A stretch of DNA of 64,000 nt, from positions 36,952,001 through 37,016,000 of the forward strand of contig JBHGNT010000001.1 in NCBI GenBank assembly GCA_043228905.1, read 5' to 3'. The notes beneath the pieces are model-generated. The model was given only the letters and a program-made list of their open reading frames with translations. It was not told the DNA's origin and searched no databases. Both the position numbers and the translations under genes were made by a program. Positions 51,943 through 64,000 of the stretch are shown piece after piece; within the stretch, counting starts at the first letter, position 1; the number at the start of each line of letters is the position of its first letter. The DNA is from Azolla caroliniana (taxonomy: Eukaryota > Plantae > Polypodiophyta).

Positions 51943-53783
51943 AGATCTTCCATTTGTTTTGGTTTTGTGGTTGATTAATCAATCAAAGAATAAGCCTTGT
52001 GTCAGTGGTTTCATTCTTGATATAGGCTCTTGAAAGTTGAAAGCTAGTACTTTTTCATTTTTAATTCCTATATTAAAATACAACTTAATAGTGGTTGTTG
52101 CCAAGCATATAAAAGAGCTACATAAAAGTAGACAAGTGTTAAACAATTAGAGTCTCATAGTCAAGATAGATGTTATCGTGATGTAACCTACATAGATTGA
52201 GTTTTATACCACGAATGTCAGCTTTACGTGACCACATTTTGATCCTTGAGCTCTTAACACTCTTGTGTCTTTGCATGACTACAATATGTATTGAATTGAA
52301 CCTAATACTTCTACCACTGTCAAACCTATTGAATAACTTTACACTTATATCATTGTCTTGATAAAAATATGGATTTCATGTTTTTGACATCTCTATACAA
52401 TGTGGGTTTCTTGAACCTTTATAATGCAACCCATACTTGTTGATCAATAGTATCATGTGCATGTGAGCTAATATAACACCAATGAGAAGGTGGTGTAGAA
52501 GTTAATATTGCTATGTTATACATATGTATATGGAAGACATGGGTATTGGGCCATTTATTACTCTTATTTGCTTTCTAGCACAACCTTCGTTCTTTCTTGA
52601 GTTCATTTATATTGTCAATACTAGTCATTGTTAATATTTTTGTCAATGTTACCTTTTAAGGGCAACTCTACTATTTTCATTGTTTCAATTGGGGGAAATG
52701 TGACAATGTGCGAGTTTTGAACCATTATATAGGAGCAAATTGATAGATACTTATTACTGACATACCTAAAGTGAAAAAATATGTTTAATGCAAAATACAA
52801 CATCAAACTCATGGATGTACACTAGAGTTCCAATCTTGAAGTGGTAAAGAGGAGCTTTGCCACAAGACTGCCATGGTTTATATACAATGTTGTGGTGTTG
52901 TACCTTAATATTTTCTTGAAGGCAATGCTTTCAATTCTGGTATAACACATAGTGTCTCTTTGGCACAATGTTTTTCAATGGAATCATGTCAACCTCGTTG
53001 TTAAAGTTGTAACATGATCCGATACTAGAACTCCATGTGCAACATCTAAGTCATCGATAATGTGTAGAACAAATGACATTCAATATCGAACATAACTGGT
53101 TTATAAATACTAGTTCTAGAAGCGCAATAACATAATTGCAACATACGAGGATTTAAAGACTCTACCTCGAGATAACAATGATCACCCCTTTATAGTGTCG
53201 GTGAGGGAGTTGGTTGTCTTGCCACAACACATGAGCATAACCCAAACTATGGTTCTAGCTGTAAGGGTTACCGTCCACCCTAGTTCGGGGGGGTCATGAT
53301 GTGAACATGGGTCCAAGATATGTTCATTCTTGCCAGTAGTCGTTCTTTAGGTGTTGGGAGCGAGGCCATGCCAAGCAAACAACGTCCAACATGGTGAACC
53401 CCACGAGAAGCAACATGATGATGGCCCGTGATGCAAGGAGCTTTGAGTGTGTCCATTTGTCGGTTAGTCCATTCATCTGTCCATCAGTCAATCCGCCCGA
53501 GTGATCGATGATGAGTCGCGAGAACTCTTGCATGGAGCACCCCGTGATTTCGTGAGACCCGGAAGAGAGGAGGGTCTTGCATTTGTGAGGTTAAACATCA
53601 TCATCATCATCGCCCATTAGAGAGACCAACCAACCCATCCTTCTTTCCTTCCTTCCTTCCTTCCTCCATCTGAAACCTGTCTTTCTTCCCTTCCTTCCTA
53701 TCATCTCCATCTCCATCTCCATATTCTCCCTTCCTCCCCCCTCTCTCACCCTTTCTCTCTTCGATCTCTACAGCAGTTCTGCC

Positions 53784-53894
53784 ATGGCGAAGTTTCTCAG
53801 CAAAGCCTTTGCTCCTGTCTGGACATGGGCCTCTCGCCGCTACACCGCAGCCCTTGACGCTAAGCTCAGGAACTACGGTAAGTATTCCCTTCCT

Positions 53895-53939
<45 letters not shown>

Positions 53940-56900
53940 TCTGTATGTGTTGTTAGTTTTCCCTCCACGCTTCTTTTCGATCTTTGAAGAAGGAAACTTT
54001 CTGTTTTTTTATTGCGGGATAGAGATGATATTCCGTTTGAATCTTTGCTTTATGTATGCCTGTTCCTCTCTCTGATGTGAACATTTGGAAGATATTACTA
54101 TAGCATTTGTTAGGGTTTCTGCAGCGCTGATGCCAGACTTTATGGAAGGTACTGAATAACCTTGTTTGGGGTTTTTCACTCACTGATGCGAGATTACAAG
54201 GTTTTAGGGTTTCATCTCACCGATGGAGAAATTTGTAGAAGTTACACATACTTCTTACGGTTTTGCACACACTGATTTGAGATTGATAGGTATTAGGGTT
54301 TCCGCTCGCAGATTTGGAAATCTGTGAAGTATTATTATGCATCCTTTCTAGGGTTTTCTCTTTCGCTGAAGTGAGACTGGAAGGGTCTTTATAGTCTTGG
54401 TAGGATTCTCACTGTGCATGCATATATGAATCCTGTGGAAGGGACAAAGTGTGATATTTATGCAAGAGGCCAGACTTCATTCATTTTCTGTTGCTTGTTT
54501 TGAAAGAATAGGCCCCGGGATCTTTGAGGAACGATTCGTCTCTCACAGCATTTTATATATTATCTATATATATATATATATATATAATGTGCATGCTTAT
54601 ATAAAAATGTAAAGGATTATTTATGTATGTTAGCATTCCATTTATTCATCTCAGAAACAGTCCTCAACTCTGAGTTTATAGAATGCTATATCGGTATTTT
54701 GAACTAAAGATAAAGATGTCATTGAGTATCCAAGTTTTGGGATTGAAGGGAGTAAAGAATTTTTTATTCTAAATAAGCACTCCCCTCATTGCTCTAGATG
54801 GGTGAAATATGCACAGAAGCTTTTTTGATAGTGATTATGCAATGTTTGCACTCTTGTTCAAGGTGGTTCTTTGGAGCGCCTTTCGAAGCAATTGGTCACC
54901 TGTATGAAATGTATGGTAATGATGTTAAGACAGAAAGGGATGATAAAGGCCACATGAAAAGTTCAACCTTTAGAAATTATAGTCTTGTAAGGGTGAACCT
55001 TTGGTCGAAGGAAGTGACAAATTTTTTTGGTGAACCACTTCAAGAACGCTAAATTTGATGAGCTATGCACATTTAATAGTGGTTCTTTTGTCTTTTGATG
55101 GCCTGCAGTAAAACACAAATTTTATCTAAAACATCAGGTGAAGGGCCTTGAAACAACCAACAAATTTGCAGCACCCTAAAACAGTTTGAAATTTGATTGC
55201 GTTATAACACTTGCATAAGAAGGAAATTTGTGAGAGCTCATTGTTGTAAATGTGGTGAAGCAAAACAAATGCCTTTTACATTCATGTTGCTTTAGGAAGT
55301 GCCAATGATGTCCTCAACATGGGTTCCGTCTGTCTCTCTCTGTCTCATGTTGGCTAAACTTGAAGCAGAGGTATACCTGTTGTTCCTTGGAAAAAATAAA
55401 AGAGCATGGAAAATGTCTAATGAGAGGCAACTCAGGACACAACTGGTCTCGGTGCTCTATGACATTTCCAAGAAGCCCCCCCTCTCTCACCCACATGGCT
55501 CAGGCCAGTATGAGTTCACCACTTTTACTCCACAAAACGTGAGAAATGCCTTTAATAGCTTACAATCTGGAAAAGCTCGAGATCATGATGGATTGGTAGG
55601 TAAGTATTTTATCTATGCCCATGCACCTTGCTCCCACTCTTTGCACGCATCTTTAATAGCTCTATTTCTGAAGGCTTCCGTAGTAGCTGGATCAAATATA
55701 GCATGTATCAATATTCAAGAGCAGAGATCCCATGATACCTGGCAATTATGGGACTATAATGTTTGGTTATTACTCGGGTAAACTGTATGGTTTGGTCCCA
55801 GAGTCAGAATTGAGTGCATGGGCAAAGAGAAATGGCTGTTGTTTAGCCAGACAAACAGGTATCAAAAAGGGGTTCACAAATTTGGATCACTTATCGACCT
55901 TGTGAATTATTATTGAGGAGGGAAGAGATCATAAAAGGAGAATCTATTGTTGCTTTGTGATTTCTGGAAAGACATCGAAACTATAGTACGTGTTTACCTC
56001 ATGCAGCGACTGGAAACCCTTGGAGCACTAACAGATATGCAATGGGGAAGTCAGGCACTCTATGAATTAGTGTCAGAAAAAATGCACACTCTGACTGGAT
56101 TATTGGATGCTGTGACTTGCAGGATTGGAGTAAAACAAGGGTGCCAACTATTACCCACTCTCTTCAGTCTTTATATTGATAAGATATATAACTATATAGA
56201 TAGGATGGGTCATTCAAGAGCATGCTTTGCAAGGGCAAGCATACTGATACTATTATATGCCTATGACAGTGTATTGATCTTGAACTCGTCATAGGGACTG
56301 CAAAGGAATACTTGAAAATAATTTTGTATAGATAACGATTTTTCAATCAACCTTTTGATAAAGCCAAAGAGATCAGAGCCAAAGTTCTGCTTGGTAAAGG
56401 AAAAGGTGGCATACAAATCCTGGTTATATTGAGGAGTAACATTCATAGGCCTCGGTTCTTCCTAAAGGAAGCTGCCTATGCTCGACATTCTCATGGTATG
56501 CTGCCTTTGGTGTCCTTAAATGACATATGTGCACATCTCCAGTTCCAAGAACCATGAACTGAATTGTGTTTGTTTGCTACAATTGTAAAACTGACTCTTT
56601 CTATTGAATAGAAATTTGGGGACCAAGCCTTCATAGGGTACATAACTACGCAATTTAGGGGAGATCTTTAGTGTCAATGGTTGCCTTCATGATAAAGAGC
56701 AATACATCAATGCTCCATGATATTATTTGAGCAGAGATGAGAGCAGCCCCAATTGTGACCAAGGTGATTGGTGTCCAATGTATTTGGGAGATCTTTATGC
56801 AAAGGTACTCAAGATGGGCACTTACGTAATCAAAACAAGTTGCTAGTTATGTAGGTACTCATTGTTGGTATACTGAAATGCAAGAATGATTTCAATCAAG

Positions 56901-59166
56901 ACCTCTTCACATCCAATATAAATAGATCTAGCCAGATACACATACGAATCTATAGAACAGATCTGCTGATCATATAATTGGGAACTGGAATCAGAAGAGA
57001 ACCATGTTCTCTATTGTGTCGTCCTCAAACAGGGCTTTGATCCACTACACAAGTTAATAAAATACAAAGACTAACAGAGGTTAGGACTGTTCTTGTTAGA
57101 ACGCAAGAGACATAGGAGAAGTTGTTGAACAACAATACAACCACAATAGCTCATCAACACAGAACAGTCAGTCACAGCTTTCTTTAGCTCCAACACTTGC
57201 TCTCATGCTACAAGTCAATCTAAGGGCTACACAAATGGACCCTCGACCAAGACACTTGGAAGTGGGTTATAATAGATGAAGCAATAGCTGTGTACCGTGC
57301 ACAGAGGACACGCCCATCTGGACAACAGACTTGTCACCCTTGTCATTGACTAAGAAAGGTGCCAAAGTTGCATCCCCCGGTTTGGAGATCTCTCCATCTT
57401 GGAACAGCCTTTGTTGGAGATTCTTTGAAGGCAGAAGTTTTATTACCCTATTATTTGGTTTGTGGTTCTCATAAAGGAGAAACGTTTAAGATGTAATCTC
57501 TTGTTCTGTCTTCTAGGCCGTTTTTGTCTCTAGAAAGATGTTAATATAGTTTTTTTTTCACAATTAAGCTATTACCAATCTCTTAATACTATAAACATGA
57601 GAAAAACACAGAAAATTAAAGCTTTTAAGAATCTCAATTTTTGCTTTTACAATGAATTTTTCTAAAATTTTATTAAAAATTCCTCCTATTTGCTTTCAAA
57701 ATGTCAAAATTTATCCCTGCTTCCACAACTTATGTGGATAATATCATACGCATATTGTGTTTTATTTCTTTATTGTGTAAAACACGCTTCCTATTTTTCC
57801 CAATGATGTGGAAAAAACTTCATTTTTGTCGAGAACTTTTAAACTCTTTGAAATTAAGGAGCCTTTTCTTACTCCAATAGGTCATCAGTCTTCGTCTTTG
57901 TTAGCAACCATCTATAGTGAACCAGCTTTTATAACAACAATCTTTGTTGTAATCTCTAATTAAATGCTTAAAAATCACACCTTCAAACCCTGCCATCCCA
58001 CATATCCCAATTTGAAATGCAAAATTATATTAAAATAGACAGTCTTAAAACATTCATTCTGCATATTCTACCGAGTTGTATATGCTTCTTGTTCTCACCA
58101 GACCATTAATTTCCTTATTTATTTGGAAAACCTATATAATTAAACCCTGGCATTTGGTGTCACCCAAGTTGCAATGCAAACTGATATTGAAATAGACAGC
58201 CTTAAAACTTTCCTTCGGCGATGTTCAATTGACTGGAGAATTATTGCAATTTTTGTTGAGAAAAGTCATTCTTCCTATGTTTGCAGTATTTTGTTTTGCA
58301 CCAGTAATGTATTGTACTACTGAAAGGAAGTGTGTAAACATGCTTATGCATTTCATCTGCTTTAAAAGTATTATCAATGAATACAAAAACAATTGAACTA
58401 ATGAGATTGGTATTGTTCCATGGTTTCATTTTAATTTCAGGCCTGCGCTATGATGATTTGTATGATGATATGCATGATTTAGACGTGAAAGAAGCCTTGA
58501 CACGTTTGCCGCAATCTGTGGTTGATGCACGCAACCAACGTCTCAAGCGTGCCATGGATCTTTCACTCAAACATTCACACCTTCCCGAAGATCTTAAGGT
58601 GCTACTAGACAATATCAAGAATTTTCTCTAGTTTTAAGAATTTTAAGATAACTAACCAGCAGACAATTTCTTTTTTATTTTCTGCTAAGTAAAATGTGAT
58701 AGGTTTTTATGCTTATCTAATTTCTCCTTTACACCTGTTTTATGGGATGCGGTTTGAAGAGCATGTCCTTTTGCATTCACCTCATGTTTAGTTTTGTTTC
58801 ACATTTTCATGTCTTTTGCCTTTCATCTCATGGTTTTCACATATTTGTTAATGACCTTTGTATTCATTTCATGCTTACTTGTGTCATAGTTTTATATACC
58901 TTTAGAATTGTCTGGTGATGAGTTTATTTTGTCTTCTTTCCTACGCAGAAATTGCAAACTCCTTTCCAGCCGTATCTTCAAGATATGTTGAAACTGGTAA
59001 TAAGGCTATTGGTGGTGGTGATTGATTGAATTGGTAATGAAAGCCATGGTTTTATGTATTTAAATATCCTGTTTCCTCCACTTTCATGTTTTTGTAGGTG
59101 AAAGCAGAAAGAAAAGAAAGGGAGTCTCTAGGATCAGAAGTTCCTTACAATCGAACCCTTCCTTAA
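53784..59166 (+). CDS. QCR7: Cytochrome b-c1 complex subunit 7 (UQCRB), 122 aa. Exons 53784-53877, 58441-58598, 58949-58996, 59098-59166
   Basis: LRNYGLRYDDLYD..DLDVKEALTRLP..VVDARNQRLKRAMDLSLKH..LP...QTPFQPYLQDML..VKAERKERESLG..PYNRTLP; all junctions are canonical and in phase. Confidence 0.96.
55130..57560 (+). mobile_element. Decayed RTE-like LINE (RT remnant and 3'UTR) in QCR7 intron 1
   Basis: Fragments LQSGKARDHDGL, GVKQGCQLLPTLFSLYID and ILLYAYD (LLFADD-like) with stops and frameshifts. The 3' end matches two other copies in the window. The left boundary is approximate. Confidence 0.8.
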
Positions 59167-60976
59167 GCATGTTAGGGTTTCATACACTGCTTTCTTGATT
59201 TGTTTTGGCTTACCAAAATTTTTTTGCAATCTATGTGTGAACCAAAGCTTCAAATAAATCCTGAACCATTGGTAAAGGATTGCGCTGGATCATGTATGTG
59301 AAAGATTGGATATAAAGGAAGTCTCAATTGATGTTAATAATGCCAAATTTTAAACTCAGAATCTGAACCAAACTCTGGTTGCATCTTTTGTATTTTTTTC
59401 TTTTTGTGCATTTGATATCATGCCCATTGTTGTTTCATTTTGTGATTATCTGATAAGAAAGAGTCTTCTGCTTTAGCTATTTATATAGTTTTCTGTGATG
59501 GCTTTTGTGCAATTCTTTCTGCTGTGATAATCTTTCCAGTGATCTTCCATAATTTATGAAAGCACTCTGTTTTTTTAAGTTTTCAGCTTGCAGGGATTAA
59601 TTTTATTCATAAAAAGGCTCAAGAAAATTTATCACGTGACTACAGTTATGTGGATGAGATAAACTTGCTTTCTTGTAGTAGTCCGATTGGCAAGTCTTCT
59701 TTGTTATAGTTTGTTTGTGACGATGTTCCCACCATGATTGTCATCTGCCTTATTGGCAAAAACCTCTTTTCTTGCCAACATGTATAGCTGAAGATGGTAA
59801 ACATTTCATGTTGGGAGCATGCAATCTTTGTAAGCTCTGTAAGAATGAGATGCTGACATAAGACGTACACATATCATGTTGTGGTTTGTGTGATTTAAAA
59901 CTGAATCAGTTTTATAATCCATTATTAAGTTATGACAAGTGCTCCACTAATTTCTAAAGGCGTTTAACCTTTTGCTGACATTTGCAAACTGTGCATTGCA
60001 TTAATACAAGTTTCTATCCATAGCTCACTCTCTATGACCATGGAAATGACTACAAATGTGATGCATCAACTCAGTCAACTGGCAGAACAAGTTACGGGGT
60101 TGACTATTATTTTTGGATGAGTTAAGCAATATCCAACCATGGGAAAAAGACATGGGGTTGATGGGTCTTGATACACCAGGAGTACAAAAACCATTATTCT
60201 GAACTTATTGACCTATCAATGAAATTTAAAACATGACCATTATCCATCAATTGCAGGTGGTTATCCATGTGTTAACAATATTTGTTAGATGCACAATTGT
60301 GCGATACGTAGAAATTGGCATTCAACTTAAAAACAACATTCTTAGAAGATTGTGTTTTTTAAAGCCGTTCTACAAATAGAGATAAATCAAACTTTATAGT
60401 AACATGGAGATTTAAGAAAAGTCACCCTAACTATCAATGCACAACTTTAGTATATTTCATAGTGAAGATGGAATTTGGAAATTGTACAAAGTGTGACTAG
60501 ATGGAGAAAATCCTAAGAAATTTGGTGGTGGTGTTGGACCAAAAACCCTAAACCTTAGTTTTAACACAAAATTTGGGTCATGTTTCTAGCTTCCCATGTT
60601 TGTCTCTATCTCTTCTAAAAATATAGACATCCATGAATCAATTGCTAGTTGCTAGAATCCCATAGGATCCCCAATTCTCTCATATCATGACATGCCTAGA
60701 ATACAAATTCCCAAGTGTGGAGGCAGGATGAGGGTAGTTTTGATGGTGTGTATGTGCATGCACATTGCATACCATACTATACCATACCATACCATACCAT
60801 ACCATATGTATATGTATATAGAAACACACATCTCCTCTGTTATCATATGCGTGCCTACATGCTGGTGATATCTACTGAGGGTGAAGAAGTTCATTGGTTT
60901 GTGAGTAACATGATGAAGCTCTCTGCTTGAATTTTAGAGAACAAAGAAAGAAAGAAAGACCAAGGAAAACTCTGCC

Positions 60977-61981
60977 ATGGCCCTGCGTTTAATAGGAAAA
61001 CCTTCCCCTCTCCTCCCATCGTTACCTTCTCCCCTCCTCCACACGCATGTTCATCCTCTTCCTCTACCTCTTCCGCTTATCACTTCCTCTCTTCCTCAAC
61101 AGGTATTGTTAGTTTTTTTTCTGTTAGGGATTTTGAAAAGGAAATCTGGTTTACAACAGACTCATGTTTTATTTTTGTCGTTAATTAAAGAAGAACAAGA
61201 ATAAAAGATAGTCTTTTCTTTTAGAGTTTTTGACCAAGAAATCTAAATTTCAATGCGAATTCGCAGTTCATTTAAATTATTTTGGGTCCAATGACGTGAA
61301 AGTTAAATAGTGTTTTTTCCTGTATGCTATGTTAAAATGGGTTTCAAAGTCAAGTTCTTGTTTATTCTCTATAAATGTGGTATCTTCCTGATTCATTTCT
61401 TAAACTTATATCCTAATTGTTAAGAGCTGATGCAGGACCTAATTGATGCCACTCTGTTTAATTTTGTTCTCAATAATGAAGAAAATCTCAAGTTTTTAGG
61501 TTTTTGAAAAGTTGTGTAAATATTTCTAAGCTGCCCAAATTGGTAGAGCTGATAGAGGACCTAATCTGTCCTATGTTGCCTATGATTGTTAATTCTTTGA
61601 AGAATGGATTCTTATGTCTCAAACAATGGAATAGCTGATGTCTGTTGAACCTATGCCTCTTTATACTCTTTATAGGGAAAATATGACTGAATGTACGCCA
61701 CTTTGTTAGTTTACAGGAACAAAATAACTAAATAGACACCACTTTTCATTGTTTATGAGAACAAAAAAATTGACATGATTTATCATTTTAGGAACAAACC
61801 AAATTAAAGGCAAGTTCATGCTTTGCACCACTTGCTGCATTTGTATGCATGGGAGCAAAACAAGCATTTGCCGTACAAGATGTGAGTGATGTGCCATCAA
61901 TATTTTCTGCTCCTAATGGACAAATCATGTATGCGTTGGTTGCTATTCAAGCAATTGCACTTATTGGTGCAGCCGTTGGAG
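60977..61981 (+). CDS. FLU: 5' part of a FLU-like (FLUORESCENT IN BLUE LIGHT) plastid membrane protein. Exons 60977-61102, 61792-61981; continues beyond the window
   Basis: P/S/L-rich transit-peptide-like exon 1 with CAG|GTATTG. In-phase exon 2 ends in the hydrophobic segment IQAIALIGAAVG(G), resembling the FLU TM segment before LLARQRK. The coiled-coil/TPR exons are not in the window, so the identity is tentative. Confidence 0.6.
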
Positions 61982-63678
61982 GTAATAATCTCATACTTTC
62001 TTCTTCGTCCCTCGTTTCTCATTTTGCTCGGACGAAGTGCTGATTGTGCACTGAATTCTGTAATGTTTGCTAATAGGGAAACCATTTCAACAATTAATTG
62101 TTGTCTTTGTCTTCTCTGATTCATTAATCAGGTTATCAAAGAACAACTTAACTTCAATGTTAATAATGTGATTAGCTGCCCTAATCCATATATTATTTTA
62201 GCTTTGGTTTGGTGGCTATTTTTTAGGCAAAAAACTGATCAGTAATTTCTGCAAAGATGAAGTTCCTTTTCAATATGCAGGGAGCTGCAGTGCACTCTAT
62301 GCTGTAATATTGTGGTATATGGTACATACAATACAAAGCAGTTGGATAGGTGCCCATGAATCACTTATAATATAGATTAATCTAGAAAACTCTCATACAC
62401 CTATGAAGTGCAATCTATATTGTAATATTGGATAGACAGTGGAAAGGCTATGAAGCACTAATAATATATATTAGTCTACATTACACTCGTAGAGCAATGT
62501 TCAATGATATCAATTTCCCGAGTCCTCAATATTGCATGGTATATTGCATGGGGAATCTGCATATCCTCTGTTGCAATATTCCGTAATTGGCTCCTTGGCT
62601 CCTTGGCTCCTTAATTGTCGTGAGAGACTCACAAAATCAGTGGATATCTAATATAAAAATCCAAAATAGTTGTGATCATAAAAATCATGACAAGGGAAAC
62701 AGTCCAAATTCTATCGAGAAAGGCACCAATCATGTCATTGTGTTCCATAGGATACTGTGCACCCTACAGTGGCATATATATTATGAAATCCATGACCAGG
62801 GAAAACGGTCCAAATTCCTATCAAGGAAGGCAGCAATAAAGTCTTCGGCTTTCATAGTATGCCTTGCGCACTACTGTAGCATGTGTATTATGTAGTGCTC
62901 CTCAATCTCTGGATGTATATCTTGCTGATGTACACTGAGTATGTTTAGGAGGTGCATCCCTATACTGAGTATATCTTGCTGATGTTTTAAGTTGTGAATA
63001 TGTTTAAATGGCGCATTCTAATCCATGAGACAATGGGTGTCTATCACCATCGCATACTACATATAATCATGGGTAATGCGGAGAAGTGGTCTTGACAGCA
63101 TGCCATCTTCGATCTGAATTCTTGTGCTGACTGAGGTTTTCAGCCTGCCTGATTATTCTGCCATTGACCAAAGTGATAGCTGTTTTCAGTTTCACATTTC
63201 CTGCCTTTGCTTTTTCTGCTCCTGAAATGTGTCCCATGTGGCAATGTTCTATCCATCTCTGGGTGATGGGATATGATCCATCCATGCCTCCAGGAATGCT
63301 TGAGAGAAGTAGGACAAACTGAAACCATGAAGTTTGAAATGCGCTAACCCCTGGGACTTGAAGATCCAGCTTTGCATGTCCATATTGAAGATGTGCTAAC
63401 AATGAAGCAAACTGATATGACTAAGCCTATGATTGGTAGCCATCTCATCCCAAATGCATTGGCTCAAAGTATTCTAGAGATTATGAATACAAACTGTCTG
63501 TTCATCGGTCTCAAGTCCTTGTAGGTATGTTTAGACATTCAACGGTGATATACAATCTACAGTTCCTATTCTGTACCTAATGTACAACCCTAGAGAAAAA
63601 TGATGTAAAAGGTTCATGACTAGAGATCGAATCCATCTATTTCAGTGATAAGCACCAACTGCAGCTGCCTTAAAAGCT

Positions 63679-64000
63679 AGAAAGAAAGAAAGAAAGAAAG
63701 TTGCATTAATATCTTTGAAGAGGCCAAAATTGCCTATAAGACCAAACAAGAGATTATATCTTAAAATGTTGTCTTGTCTCTGAGAACAACAAACCAAAAT
63801 AGATGTAATTAAGTAAAAAAGTAATAAGACATGACTAAAGAATCTCATCTGCTATATGTATATGTATGCTACTCAAGTCAGACATTGTAATTTTATCCTC
63901 AGAAAATCTCTAGCATATGTCGATCCAGAAAGGAATGGTCTCCAAAGCGAGGGAAGCTCCTCCAATGGTGGGAGATAATGTCCTTTATCTGTCAATGACA
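63679..64000 (-). mobile_element. 3' end of an RTE-like LINE copy within the FLU-like intron
   Basis: The reverse complement aligns with 57341-57558 (TGTCATTGAC..., TTTGGTTTGT.GTTCTCA, TTTAAGAT.TAATCTCTTGTT, AAAGAT.TTAAT); (CTTT)n tail. Confidence 0.75.

Noticed and set aside
63067-63402. 111-aa minus-strand ORF in the FLU-like intron
   Set aside because: No recognisable domain or gene structure; likely repeat debris.

Overview
AT-rich, intron-containing land-plant nuclear DNA. A fern is the best fit, inferred from a PLS-PPR protein with long 'ALQACC...LEIGQAL' L-motifs and a fern-type metallothionein N-terminus; this is not proven. Left to right the window holds: the 3' half and 3' LTR of an intact Ty1/copia element; an intronless Ca2+-ATPase pseudogene; RH3-like DEAD-box helicase (10 coding exons, including a zinc-knuckle exon missed by the ORF track); a calmodulin-like gene; CstF64; a PLS-class PPR; Clot/TXNDC17 thioredoxin; a two-RRM hnRNP A1-like gene; a small metallothionein-like gene (absent from the ORF track); a 5'-truncated L1 LINE with an 18-bp TSD hosting a rearranged LTR element; QCR7 with an RTE-LINE in intron 1; and the 5' part of a FLU-like gene. 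The three most unusual signals: (1) an LTR whose terminus carries a tRNA-spaced Pol III A/B box, in an element collapsed to 916 bp with an inverted LTR end and intact TSD; (2) a 'half' metallothionein lacking its C-terminal Cys cluster, behind a dense TGTACTAC (copper-response-type) array; (3) a 14-aa SSWGDN repeat with 8 WG motifs (AGO-hook-like) in the RH3 tail. All gene models were spliced by eye from GT/AG signals and protein motifs, with no database searches.
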